From a bacterium (GTDB taxonomy: Bacteria > JAHJDO01), in NCBI GenBank assembly GCA_043824255.1, contig JBDRTG010000048.1, forward strand, positions 1 through 19,627: DNA of 19,627 bases. The letters are read 5' to 3'. The notes under the pieces are model-generated. The model made no database searches. It saw only the letters and a list, made by a program, of their open reading frames with translations, and had not been told where the DNA came from. The position numbers and the translations under genes were made by a program. Positions 1 to 8,501 of this stretch are shown piece by piece; position 1 is the stretch's first letter; every line of letters starts with the position of its first letter.

Positions 1-198
1 GGAACTGCAAAAAATCACATATAATCAGTTCTTAATACTGAATTTGAAAAACAATTAGCAATAATTATTATTAATTTAACAAAATGAAACTGGCTAATGA
101 GTAAAGCCTTTCTGAAAAGGACTTATTCTACAGTCTCGTTATAAAAAAGTGATTAAAATTTGTGGATAGATTTTGTGGCAATGGAGAAGGACATTTAG

Positions 199-858
199 AT
201 GGAAGCAGTATGTAATGTTTTGGACATTGGACTTAAGGATTATATGGAAGCATATAGTCTTCAGAAAAAAATACTGGCTGAAAGGATTAAGAATAAAATT
301 CCGGATACACTAATCTTAACAGAACATCCTCCAACATTTACAATAGGCAGGAAAGGCGGCAGGGGAAATATCCTTGTCAGTAATGAGGTTCTGAAAAAAA
401 ATGGAATAAAAGTTTACGAGGTAGATAGGGGAGGGGGTATAACCTATCATGGGCCTGGTCAGATAGTAGGTTATCCAATTATAAATCTTGCGGAATGGAA
501 CAAGGATATACATCTTTATCTAAGGAGCTTAGAAGAAGTAATAATTAGATTCCTGTCGCATTTCAAAATAACGGCTGGCAGAATAAATGGTTACACTGGC
601 GTTTGGATAGGAAATGAAAAGATTGCGGCAATAGGTATTGGAGTTAGTAAATGGACGACTTTTCACGGATTTTGTATAAACATTAATCCGAACAAGAACC
701 ATTTTAAAATGATAAACCCATGTGGTATAAGAGATAAAAAAGTAACGTCTCTGTGTGAATTAACAGAAAAACAAACTAATATGCCCAAAGCAAAACAAGT
801 TCTTGTTACTGAATTTGGAAATTGTTTCAATAGAAGGATGAATAGTGATGAGCGCTAG
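199..858 (+). CDS. lipB: Octanoyltransferase (lipoate-protein ligase B)
   Basis: EHPPTFTIG, DRGGGITYHGPGQIVGYPI, KIAAIG, HGFCIN and INPCG (catalytic Cys) motifs; next to lipA; GGAG/AAGGA upstream of the ATG. Confidence 0.95.
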   Translation: MEAVCNVLDIGLKDYMEAYSLQKKILAERIKNKIPDTLILTEHPPTFTIGRKGGRGNILVSNEVLKKNGIKVYEVDRGGGITYHGPGQIVGYPIINLAEWNKDIHLYLRSLEEVIIRFLSHFKITAGRINGYTGVWIGNEKIAAIGIGVSKWTTFHGFCININPNKNHFKMINPCGIRDKKVTSLCELTEKQTNMPKAKQVLVTEFGNCFNRRMNSDER

Positions 859-950
859 ATGCAAGTTGTATGCCTCTCCTCCCAGCAAACACTCTCCTGT
901 CTCCCTTTGAAGCACTAGAGCTGGTTGGCTCAACATACATCTTACATCTA
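856..950. repeat. 95-bp intergenic element bounded by 17-bp imperfect inverted repeats (MITE-like or RNA stem-loop)
   Basis: TAGATGCAAGTTGTATG (856-872) pairs with CATACATCTTACATCTA (934-950) at 15/17 positions; the right arm contains TACATCT twice. Confidence 0.7.
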
Positions 951-970
951 AGTAATATTAATGGTGAAGT

Positions 971-1825
971 GTGCATAAAAAATTGCCCAATTGGCTTAAG
1001 AAAAAGATACCTGATATAAAACAGGTTGAGGAAACAAGAGACATTCTCAAGAGGTTCAACTTAAATACAATATGTGACAATGCAAAGTGTCCTAATATAG
1101 GAGAATGCTTTTCTCGTCATACTGCGACTTTTATGATACTGGGGGATGTTTGCACGCGAAACTGTAGATTTTGCGCAGTAAAGCATGGTATTCCTTTGTC
1201 AGTTGATAAAAATGAGCCAAAAAGATTAGGCAAGGCGGTTTCTGAATTAGGATTAAAATATGTTGTTATAACTTCAGTGACAAGAGATGATCTCAATGAT
1301 TATGGTGCGGGCCAATTTGTAGATGTTATAAACGTCATTAGAAGGCATAATCCTGAAACTAAGATAGAGATTCTTACCCCTGACTTTAAAGGTGAAGAGG
1401 ATTGTGTAGAACAGGTTGTCCAAAGCAAGCCTGATGTATTTGGCCATAATCTCGAGACTGTTCCAAGTTTATATGAAAATGTGCGGCAGGAAGCAGATTA
1501 TAGAACATCTCTTAATTTGCTTGGAATGATAAAAGAGTTTGATTCAAACATAGTCACTAAATCAGGTATAATGCTGGGGCTTGGAGAAACAAAAAAAGAA
1601 GTTTTGAAAGTTATGGACGATTTAAGCAGCGTTGGCTGTGATTTATTAACGCTCGGTCAATATTTATCTCCATCACAAAATCACTTTCCTGTTAAAGAAT
1701 TTATTACGCCTGAAATGTTTGAGGAATATAAAAAACTTGCCGAAGATAAAGGTTTTATTATTGCTTCAGGTCCTTTTGTCAGAAGTTCATATAAAGCAGA
1801 TGAGCTGTTTGCATCTGCAAGCTGA
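971..1825 (+). CDS. lipA: Lipoyl synthase (radical SAM)
   Basis: CX4CX5C (CDNAKCPNIGEC), CX3CX2C (CTRNCRFC), HNLETV and C-terminal RSSY; GTG start. Confidence 0.97.
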   Translation: MHKKLPNWLKKKIPDIKQVEETRDILKRFNLNTICDNAKCPNIGECFSRHTATFMILGDVCTRNCRFCAVKHGIPLSVDKNEPKRLGKAVSELGLKYVVITSVTRDDLNDYGAGQFVDVINVIRRHNPETKIEILTPDFKGEEDCVEQVVQSKPDVFGHNLETVPSLYENVRQEADYRTSLNLLGMIKEFDSNIVTKSGIMLGLGETKKEVLKVMDDLSSVGCDLLTLGQYLSPSQNHFPVKEFITPEMFEEYKKLAEDKGFIIASGPFVRSSYKADELFASAS

Positions 1826-1838
1826 GACGTTATTGTTA

Positions 1839-1868
1839 TTGATTGGGGGAGTAGTTATGTTATATAAT
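1839..1868 (+). promoter_or_regulatory. Putative sigma70 promoter for the lipoyl-domain/aspC/hom operon
   Basis: TTGATT (1839-1844), 18-nt spacer, perfect TATAAT (1863-1868), 44 nt upstream of the GTG at 1913. Confidence 0.6.
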
Positions 1869-1912
1869 CCGTAGCAAGAAATTTTGGAATAATTTAAAGA
1901 AGGAATAATAGC

Positions 1913-2140
1913 GTGGATTTTATTTTACCGGAACTTGGAGAGGGGATTGAAGAAGCAACAGTTTCCTTTTGGATGTGCGAAAAAGGGGATAATGTAAACA
2001 AAGGGAATGATATAATTGAGATGCTGACAGATAAGGCTACGTTTAATGTTCCTACGCCAGTATCTGGCGTTTTGAAGGATATTCTTGTTAAGGAAGGAGA
2101 TATAGTCAAGGTTGGACAGAAGATGGCAGAGATAGGATAA
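1913..2140 (+). CDS. Stand-alone lipoyl-domain (biotin/lipoyl attachment) protein, E2-type
   Basis: 75 aa; LPELGEGIEE...KGD.V..G..IIEMLTDKA (lipoyl-Lys41)...PVSGVL..ILVKEGD.VKVG; AAGGA upstream of the GTG. Confidence 0.9.
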   Translation: MDFILPELGEGIEEATVSFWMCEKGDNVNKGNDIIEMLTDKATFNVPTPVSGVLKDILVKEGDIVKVGQKMAEIG

Positions 2141-2144
2141 TAAA

Positions 2145-3341
2145 ATGCAAAAATTATCTGACAGAATAACAAGTATAAAGCCATCAGCTACATTAGCTAT
2201 CAGTGCCAAAATAAAGGCATTGCGCACAAAAGGGATAGATGTAATTGGTTTTGGTGCTGGAGAGCCAGATTTTGATACTCCTGAATATATTAAGAATGCT
2301 GCCATCTCTTCAATAAAGAATGGCTTCACAAAATATACACCTGCATCGGGAACCTTGGAACTTAAGAAGGCAGTTTGCGATAAGTTTAGAGATGATAATG
2401 GGCTGGATTATACGCAGGAACAAGTTATTGTTTCATGCGGAGCAAAGCATTCTCTTTATAATCTCATTCAGGTTATGTGTAATCCGGATGATGAGGTTAT
2501 TATTCCAATACCTTATTGGGTTAGTTATCCTGATATGGTAAAGCTTGCTGGAGCAAAACCTGTTTTCATACAAGGTGTTGAAAAGAATGCTTTTAAAATC
2601 GTACCTGATGAATTGAAGAATGCCATAACAGGGAAAACAAAAATTTTAATTATTAACAGTCCTTCAAATCCATGTGGAACCGTGTACTCAAAGGATGAGT
2701 TGATAGAGATGGCAGATATTGTCTGCAAACATAATATTTATGTAATTTCAGATGAGATCTATGAGAAAATAATTTATGATGGCCTGCAACACGTTAGTAT
2801 AGCGTCTTTGAATAGTGATATTAAAGAACGTACCATAGTCGTAAATGGAGTTTCAAAAACCTATTCCATGACAGGGTGGAGAATCGGTTATGCGGCCGGA
2901 GACGCAGATATAATAAAAGCAGCAGGCAAGCTTCAGAGCCAGAGCACATCCAATCCGACATCCATTTCTCAGAAAGCGGCTTTAACTGCTATACAGGAAA
3001 AAACAAATGATGTCGTTAAAATGGTAAGTGAGTTCAGTAAAAGGTGCGATTATATTGTAGAAAGATTAAATGATATGGACAATATCTCATGTCAGAAGCC
3101 AAAAGGGGCTTTTTATGTATTTCCAAATATATCTGCATATTACGGGAAAAAATATGACGGCAAGAAGATAAATACAGATATTGATTTATGTAATTTCCTG
3201 TTGGATGTTGCCAAAGTTGGCGTTATCCCAGGATCCGCTTTCGGCTCTGGAGAGCATATCAGGATGTCTTACGCTACATCAATGAAGAACATAAAAGAAG
3301 GTATTAACAGAATGGAATCTACACTGAACAGATTGAGGTAA
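2145..3341 (+). CDS. aspC: PLP-dependent aminotransferase class I/II (aspartate aminotransferase)
   Basis: GAGEPDFDTP, NSPSNPCG, SDEIYE, SKTYSMTGWRIG (PLP-Lys); lies upstream of hom. Confidence 0.85.
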   Translation: MQKLSDRITSIKPSATLAISAKIKALRTKGIDVIGFGAGEPDFDTPEYIKNAAISSIKNGFTKYTPASGTLELKKAVCDKFRDDNGLDYTQEQVIVSCGAKHSLYNLIQVMCNPDDEVIIPIPYWVSYPDMVKLAGAKPVFIQGVEKNAFKIVPDELKNAITGKTKILIINSPSNPCGTVYSKDELIEMADIVCKHNIYVISDEIYEKIIYDGLQHVSIASLNSDIKERTIVVNGVSKTYSMTGWRIGYAAGDADIIKAAGKLQSQSTSNPTSISQKAALTAIQEKTNDVVKMVSEFSKRCDYIVERLNDMDNISCQKPKGAFYVFPNISAYYGKKYDGKKINTDIDLCNFLLDVAKVGVIPGSAFGSGEHIRMSYATSMKNIKEGINRMESTLNRLR

Positions 3342-3345
3342 ATAA

Positions 3346-4605
3346 ATGAAAAAGGTTGGAGTTGGGCTTATAGGGTTTGGGACAATAGGCACAGGTCTTA
3401 TAAAAATAATTCAGCAAGAGAAACAGATAGAGTTAAAATATATAGCGGATTTAGATATCACAACACCTAGATCTGTGAAGGTTAATAAAGCTTTACTTAC
3501 TACTGATGTGAACAGAGTATTGAATGACCCCTTAGTTGATATAATTGTAGAGTTAATAGGAGGCATACAACCTGCAAAGAAGTTTATACTTAATGCGTTA
3601 AAGAACAAAAAGCATGTTGTAACAGCTAATAAAGCTCTTCTTGCAACTCACAGTGATGAGATCTTTCAGACAGCAAAAGAGAATAACGTGTATATAAATT
3701 TTGAAGCAAGTGTTGCCGGAGGCATTCCTATCATAAAAGTCCTCAGAGATAGCTTCCGTTCATCAGATATAAGATCAGTTTTGGGAATAATTAATGGAAC
3801 ATCTAATTTCATACTTAGCAGAATGTCTCTGGATGGGCAGACTTTTTCCTCTGCCTTGGGGGAGGCTCAAAGCTTCGGGTATGCAGAAGCTGATGCTTCT
3901 CTTGATATAGATGGTATTGATTCCGCTCATAAAATTGCGATTCTCAGCTCTATCATTTATAGAACAAGAGTTGATATGGATCATATTTATGTAGAAGGGG
4001 TTAGACATATAACGTTGGATGATATTCAATATGCTAAGGAGTTAGGATATGTAATTAAACCTCTGGCCATAGCAAATAGGGATAGAAACAGGTTAGATGT
4101 TCGTGTGCATCCAGCATTAATTTCTAAGGGACATTTACTTTCTTCTGTATCTGATGTGTATAATGCGATATATCTACGTGGTGACAATATTGGGAAAATG
4201 ATGTTCTATGGACTTGGAGCAGGACAAATGCCAACAGCTAATGCTGTTTACTCAGATATTATTGATATTGTTGCAAAGACAAAGATTGAGAGCAAAATAA
4301 CTGATAATTATTCTTTTAATAGACGTTTGATCATGAAGGGAATAACAGAGAGCAAGTTAAAATATTACATTAGATTTTCAGCAGTAGATAAACCAGGAGT
4401 TCTTGCAAAAGTTTCCGGCATATTGGGAAGCTGCAAGATAAGTATAGCTTCAGTAATGCAAAAGGTTAGAAAACAAAGAGGCGCTGTCCCAATTATTATG
4501 ATGACCCATGAGGCAAAGGAAAAGGATATTTGCTTAGCAATAAGAGAGATTGATAAGTTGGACATTATTAAGAGAAAAAGCGTGATCATACGAGTTGAAG
4601 ATTGA
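3346..4605 (+). CDS. hom: Homoserine dehydrogenase with C-terminal ACT domain
   Basis: GLIGFGTIG Rossmann motif, HVVTANKAL, FEASVAGGIPII, GIINGTSNFIL, GYAEAD; ACT motif DKPGVLAKV. Confidence 0.96.
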   Translation: MKKVGVGLIGFGTIGTGLIKIIQQEKQIELKYIADLDITTPRSVKVNKALLTTDVNRVLNDPLVDIIVELIGGIQPAKKFILNALKNKKHVVTANKALLATHSDEIFQTAKENNVYINFEASVAGGIPIIKVLRDSFRSSDIRSVLGIINGTSNFILSRMSLDGQTFSSALGEAQSFGYAEADASLDIDGIDSAHKIAILSSIIYRTRVDMDHIYVEGVRHITLDDIQYAKELGYVIKPLAIANRDRNRLDVRVHPALISKGHLLSSVSDVYNAIYLRGDNIGKMMFYGLGAGQMPTANAVYSDIIDIVAKTKIESKITDNYSFNRRLIMKGITESKLKYYIRFSAVDKPGVLAKVSGILGSCKISIASVMQKVRKQRGAVPIIMMTHEAKEKDICLAIREIDKLDIIKRKSVIIRVED

Positions 4606-5147
4606 TGCTTGACTACATTATATCGATAGACCAGTCAATTTTCCTATTTATTAATCAGCATCTCTGGAATTCATGTATGGGATTCGTGATGTTCTCATTG
4701 ACGCAATTGGGTAACGGCTATTTTTTATTGCCGTTTGTTATAGCAGGCCTATTAATCTTTGACAGAAGAAATGCTTTAAAAGTAATCGTCGTATCAATAA
4801 TTGCTATTCTTTTTGGAGGGATAATCCTTCATATTCTAAAGGAGCTTATTCAGAGACCCAGGCCATTGTCTCAATTTATGGATATAAATATATATGGACA
4901 AAAATTGTATGTGGGCTCATTTCCATCTGGACATTCCCAGACTGCTTTTTCAACAGCTGCAGTGTTATCTGGTTATTATAAAAAATGGCTATTATTTTAT
5001 TTATTGGCTTTTCTGGTTGCCTTCTCCAGAGTCTATATAGGAGTGCATTATCCGTTTGATATAATTGCAGGTAGCATGATTGGTTATCTATCAGCAAAAC
5101 TGGTTTTAGCAATAAGTCAAAGATTTAATATCAAAGAGGAGAGCTAG
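4605..5147 (+). CDS. PAP2-family membrane phosphatase
   Basis: C1 KELIQRPRP, C2 SFPSGH, C3 SRVYIGVHYPFDI; several hydrophobic helices; ATG overlaps the hom stop (TGATG); the ORF-track start at 4602 is a TTG. Confidence 0.9.
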   Translation: MLDYIISIDQSIFLFINQHLWNSCMGFVMFSLTQLGNGYFLLPFVIAGLLIFDRRNALKVIVVSIIAILFGGIILHILKELIQRPRPLSQFMDINIYGQKLYVGSFPSGHSQTAFSTAAVLSGYYKKWLLFYLLAFLVAFSRVYIGVHYPFDIIAGSMIGYLSAKLVLAISQRFNIKEES

Positions 5148-5150
5148 ATT

Positions 5151-6224
5151 ATGTGGAATGGAGTTATAAATCAATACAGGAGATATCTTCCTGTGTCTCA
5201 GGCTACTTCGATAGTAACGCTTAATGAAGGCAATACTCCTTTGATCTTTTCTGAGAAGCTCTCAAGTATAACAGGAACAAGAGTGTTCCTAAAATTTGAA
5301 GGGGCAAATCCAACAGGTTCTTTTAAGGACCGCGGAATGACAATGGCAATTTCAAAAGCGTTAGAGGAGAAATCAAGAGCAGTAATGTGCGCATCAACAG
5401 GCAATACTTCAGCATCAGCCGCTGCATATTCTGCCAGAGCCGGGCTGAATTGCATTGTGCTAATTCCGGAAGGCGCAATTGCAATGGGCAAGCTTGCTCA
5501 AGCGCTTATCCATGGTGCAAAGGTTATTGCCATTAAAGGGAACTTTGACAATGCTCTCAAACTAGTCAGGGAGATAACAGATAATTATCCTATCACTCTG
5601 GTAAATTCCATAAATCCGTATAGAATAGAAGGGCAGAAAACAGGTGCTTTTGAGGTTTGCGATCAGCTTGATGGAAGAGCGCCGGACTTTCATGCAATTC
5701 CGGTTGGTAACGCGGGGAACATTACGGCGTATTGGATGGGGTATAAGGAATATAAAAAAGCGGGTAAAGTTGGGAATCTTCCTAGAATGCTGGGCTTTCA
5801 GGCAGCAGGGGCAGCACCTATTGTGAGAGGGAAGATTGTGCATAATCCTGAAACCATTGCAACTGCAATAAGAATTGGTAATCCGGCAAGCTGGAAAAAG
5901 GCGGAGGAAGCAAGAGATGAGTCATCAGGATTAATACATACAGTTACAGATGATGAGATTCTCGAAGCTTATAAACTGCTGGCAAAGGAGGATGGGGTTT
6001 TTGTTGAACCAGCATCAGCAGCGAGTGTAGCAGGGATAATTAAATTGGCAAAAGATGATTATTTTAAAAAGCAGCAGAATTCGGGTAATAATTCAGAACA
6101 GGTAACAGTTTGTGTTCTTACTGGTCATGGTTTAAAGGATCCGGATCGCGCAATAGGAAGCGTTGAGAAACCCTGCGTAGTGGAAGCTAAAGTAAATAGT
6201 ATATTGAAGGTTATAGAAATCTAG
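5151..6224 (+). CDS. thrC: Threonine synthase
   Basis: [13 protein letters not shown] (PLP-Lys), [52 protein letters not shown]. Confidence 0.96.
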   Translation: MWNGVINQYRRYLPVSQATSIVTLNEGNTPLIFSEKLSSITGTRVFLKFEGANPTGSFKDRGMTMAISKALEEKSRAVMCASTGNTSASAAAYSARAGLNCIVLIPEGAIAMGKLAQALIHGAKVIAIKGNFDNALKLVREITDNYPITLVNSINPYRIEGQKTGAFEVCDQLDGRAPDFHAIPVGNAGNITAYWMGYKEYKKAGKVGNLPRMLGFQAAGAAPIVRGKIVHNPETIATAIRIGNPASWKKAEEARDESSGLIHTVTDDEILEAYKLLAKEDGVFVEPASAASVAGIIKLAKDDYFKKQQNSGNNSEQVTVCVLTGHGLKDPDRAIGSVEKPCVVEAKVNSILKVIEI

Positions 6225-6231
6225 TGTTTTA

Positions 6232-7419
6232 ATGAATAAAAGAGAAATACTGCTCAACGCCTTAAAAGGCAATATGGAGTACGGTATTCCGTGGGTTCCT
6301 AGAATGGATATATGGTATTATGGAAATCTGTATAGGGACACGCTACCAAAGGAATTTAAGGAATTAAGCTTAGAACAGATTATTGAAAAGTTAGGTTTTA
6401 CTTATAACAAAATTTTACCCGATTTTGCAGATAACTATGCTCTTAACTCAGTTAAAGACAGATTATTAGGGGTTTTTGCTTCAAAGGATATTCCTTATGA
6501 AATTATGTTAGATTCTTCTATTAAAAGGGAGATAAATACTGATAATGACTTAATCCAGGTTACTTACCAGACTTCTAAAAAAGATAATTTAACCGGTAGT
6601 TTTCGAATGGGCGAAGAGTTAAAGAAGCAAGGTTCAACTTTGCCTCCTATAAAGGAACACTTAATAAGGTCAGATGAGGATTACAGCAAAGTTATGGATA
6701 TTTTTTCTTCTATTAAAATTATTCCAAAACCGGAAAATTACCAGGAGTTATTGGATGGAATAGGAGACGATGGCTATCCTCCTATATACGGCCATTTAGC
6801 TGCAAGTCCTATGCAAGCAATTTTACGCGATTTAATGAACCCTACTTTTTTCTTTATAGAATATAAGCTTAATCTTAATAAACTGTTGGAGTTGTGTAAA
6901 GTCTTAGAGAGATTTTTGTTGAATATTGTAGAGACTATAATACGATGCAGCGAAGAACCCATAGTAGTCTGGGGAGGCAATTATGATAGTGTGCTTACTT
7001 TCCCTCCTTTTTTCGAAGCACATATTCTTCCATTCTTAAACCAAGTCTGTGAAATTATTCATGGTAAGAAAGGATTAGTAATTTCTCATTGTGATGGAGA
7101 AAATGATCAATTACTTGGGCTATATAGGAAAAGTGGTATCGACATATTACAAGCAGTAAATACTGCACCTATTGTGAAAAATACTTACAGAGAGATAAAA
7201 AGTGCTTTGCGACCCGAGCAGGTAGTTTTTGGCGGGATTCCTTCAGCAATACTGCTGGATTCTATTTTTTCTGATACACAGTTTAGAGATTTTTTGACAG
7301 AATTTAAAAAAAGTTATAGAAAGGGAGACCCTTTAATCATGGAAGTTTCGGATAATGTTCCTCCCGATACTAATATGGACAGATTGAGAATACTTGGTGA
7401 GTTTGCTGGTAACCTTTGA
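6232..7419 (+). CDS. Uroporphyrinogen decarboxylase/MtaA-like TIM-barrel protein (URO-D-like #1), function unknown
   Basis: N-terminal MNKRE.LLNALKG...IPWVP; C-terminal half PPFFEAHILP...SHCDG...GIDI...FGGIP...DNVPPDT typical of the URO-D/MtaA superfamily; no HemE MRQAGR motif. Confidence 0.75.
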   Translation: MNKREILLNALKGNMEYGIPWVPRMDIWYYGNLYRDTLPKEFKELSLEQIIEKLGFTYNKILPDFADNYALNSVKDRLLGVFASKDIPYEIMLDSSIKREINTDNDLIQVTYQTSKKDNLTGSFRMGEELKKQGSTLPPIKEHLIRSDEDYSKVMDIFSSIKIIPKPENYQELLDGIGDDGYPPIYGHLAASPMQAILRDLMNPTFFFIEYKLNLNKLLELCKVLERFLLNIVETIIRCSEEPIVVWGGNYDSVLTFPPFFEAHILPFLNQVCEIIHGKKGLVISHCDGENDQLLGLYRKSGIDILQAVNTAPIVKNTYREIKSALRPEQVVFGGIPSAILLDSIFSDTQFRDFLTEFKKSYRKGDPLIMEVSDNVPPDTNMDRLRILGEFAGNL

Positions 7420-7465
7420 AAATTAAATTCATAACACAGGTTGTAAATTTAGGAGGTTGTATATT

Positions 7466-8491
7466 ATGAACAAAAGATTTAAGGTTCTTGTTTCTATGCC
7501 ATACCCGCGATTGGAACTTCTAAAAAAGATACTGGGAGATATAGCATGTATAGAAGAAAAAGCGCTTAGTCAGGAAAAGTTGGAAGAAGAGGTAAAAAAT
7601 GGCGACTATGACGTTGTTATATGTTGGGAATTTTCACAGAAGATAACCCGCAAAATGATACTCTCTGCAAATCAGAGACTTAAGATTATTGCAACTATTA
7701 GTGTTGGTTATGACCACATTGACGTTGACGCTGCCCATGAAAGAGGAATAAAGGTAATTAATGCCGGCTCCAGAAATATCTGTGCCAGCACATACAGCGT
7801 TGCAGAATTTGCATTCTGGTTTATGCTCATGCTTGTCAGGAAAACCCGTTATATTTTTAATGCTGTTGAAAAAGACTCGCCTACATGGTCAGAACTCTCG
7901 CAAGGAAGAGGTGCTATGGGTAGTGAACTGTTCAATAAAACACTTGGTATAATAGGAGTTGGAAGAATAGGTTCTCATGTAGGAAGAATAGGAAATGGAT
8001 TTTGTATGGATGTGATAGGTTATGACCCTTATGTGAATTCAGAGATAGCGTTGCAAAAAGGCGTAAGGCTTGTGAATGAACTTGAGGCGCTTCTCTCAAG
8101 AGCAGATGTTATATCCATAAACTGTTGTCTTACTCATGAAACGAATATGATGCTTGAAAAACGAGGGGTATCCATGATGAAGGATGGGGTCTATATTGTA
8201 AATCCCACCAGGGGCGAAATAGTTGATGAATACGCTATACTTGAAGCTCTGCGAAAAGGAAGAATAGCAGGCTATGCAGCAGACGCATTAACAGGAGAAC
8301 CTCCGACAGAGAAAACATCACCATTACTGGCGGTGTATAGGAATAAAGAAGATCTGAATCTTATCATTACCCCGCACATTGCATGGACATGTAAAGAAGG
8401 AGTGGCGAAGAGATATCCCTTGATAATCGGCAATAGAATTAAGGCTGTTTTAATGGGAAAGGAACTTGAAGAGTGGGAGTTATTGAAATGA
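7466..8491 (+). CDS. D-isomer-specific 2-hydroxyacid dehydrogenase (SerA/glyoxylate reductase family, no ACT domain)
   Basis: SVGYDHID, GIIGVGRIG, GYDPY, NPTRGEIVDE, GEPP, TPHIAW; AGGAGG at 7451-7456 favours the ATG at 7466 over the TTG at 7457. Confidence 0.9.
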   Translation: MNKRFKVLVSMPYPRLELLKKILGDIACIEEKALSQEKLEEEVKNGDYDVVICWEFSQKITRKMILSANQRLKIIATISVGYDHIDVDAAHERGIKVINAGSRNICASTYSVAEFAFWFMLMLVRKTRYIFNAVEKDSPTWSELSQGRGAMGSELFNKTLGIIGVGRIGSHVGRIGNGFCMDVIGYDPYVNSEIALQKGVRLVNELEALLSRADVISINCCLTHETNMMLEKRGVSMMKDGVYIVNPTRGEIVDEYAILEALRKGRIAGYAADALTGEPPTEKTSPLLAVYRNKEDLNLIITPHIAWTCKEGVAKRYPLIIGNRIKAVLMGKELEEWELLK

Positions 8492-8501
8492 GGGTTGTCG
8501 T

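Noticed and set aside
104..124. Hairpin AAGCCTTT-CTGA-AAAGGACTT as a terminator
   Set aside because: Short, bulged, AT-rich stem without a clear U-tract; the upstream gene is not visible
1826..1912. T-box, lysine riboswitch or attenuator leader ahead of the amino-acid operon
   Set aside because: The leader after the predicted promoter is only ~40 nt, with no T-box motif, leader peptide or stable stems
7438..8498. Repeated (A/G)GGTTGT around the dehydrogenase gene as a target-site duplication
   Set aside because: Only 6-8 bp and overlapping Shine-Dalgarno sequences, so explained by RBS similarity or chance
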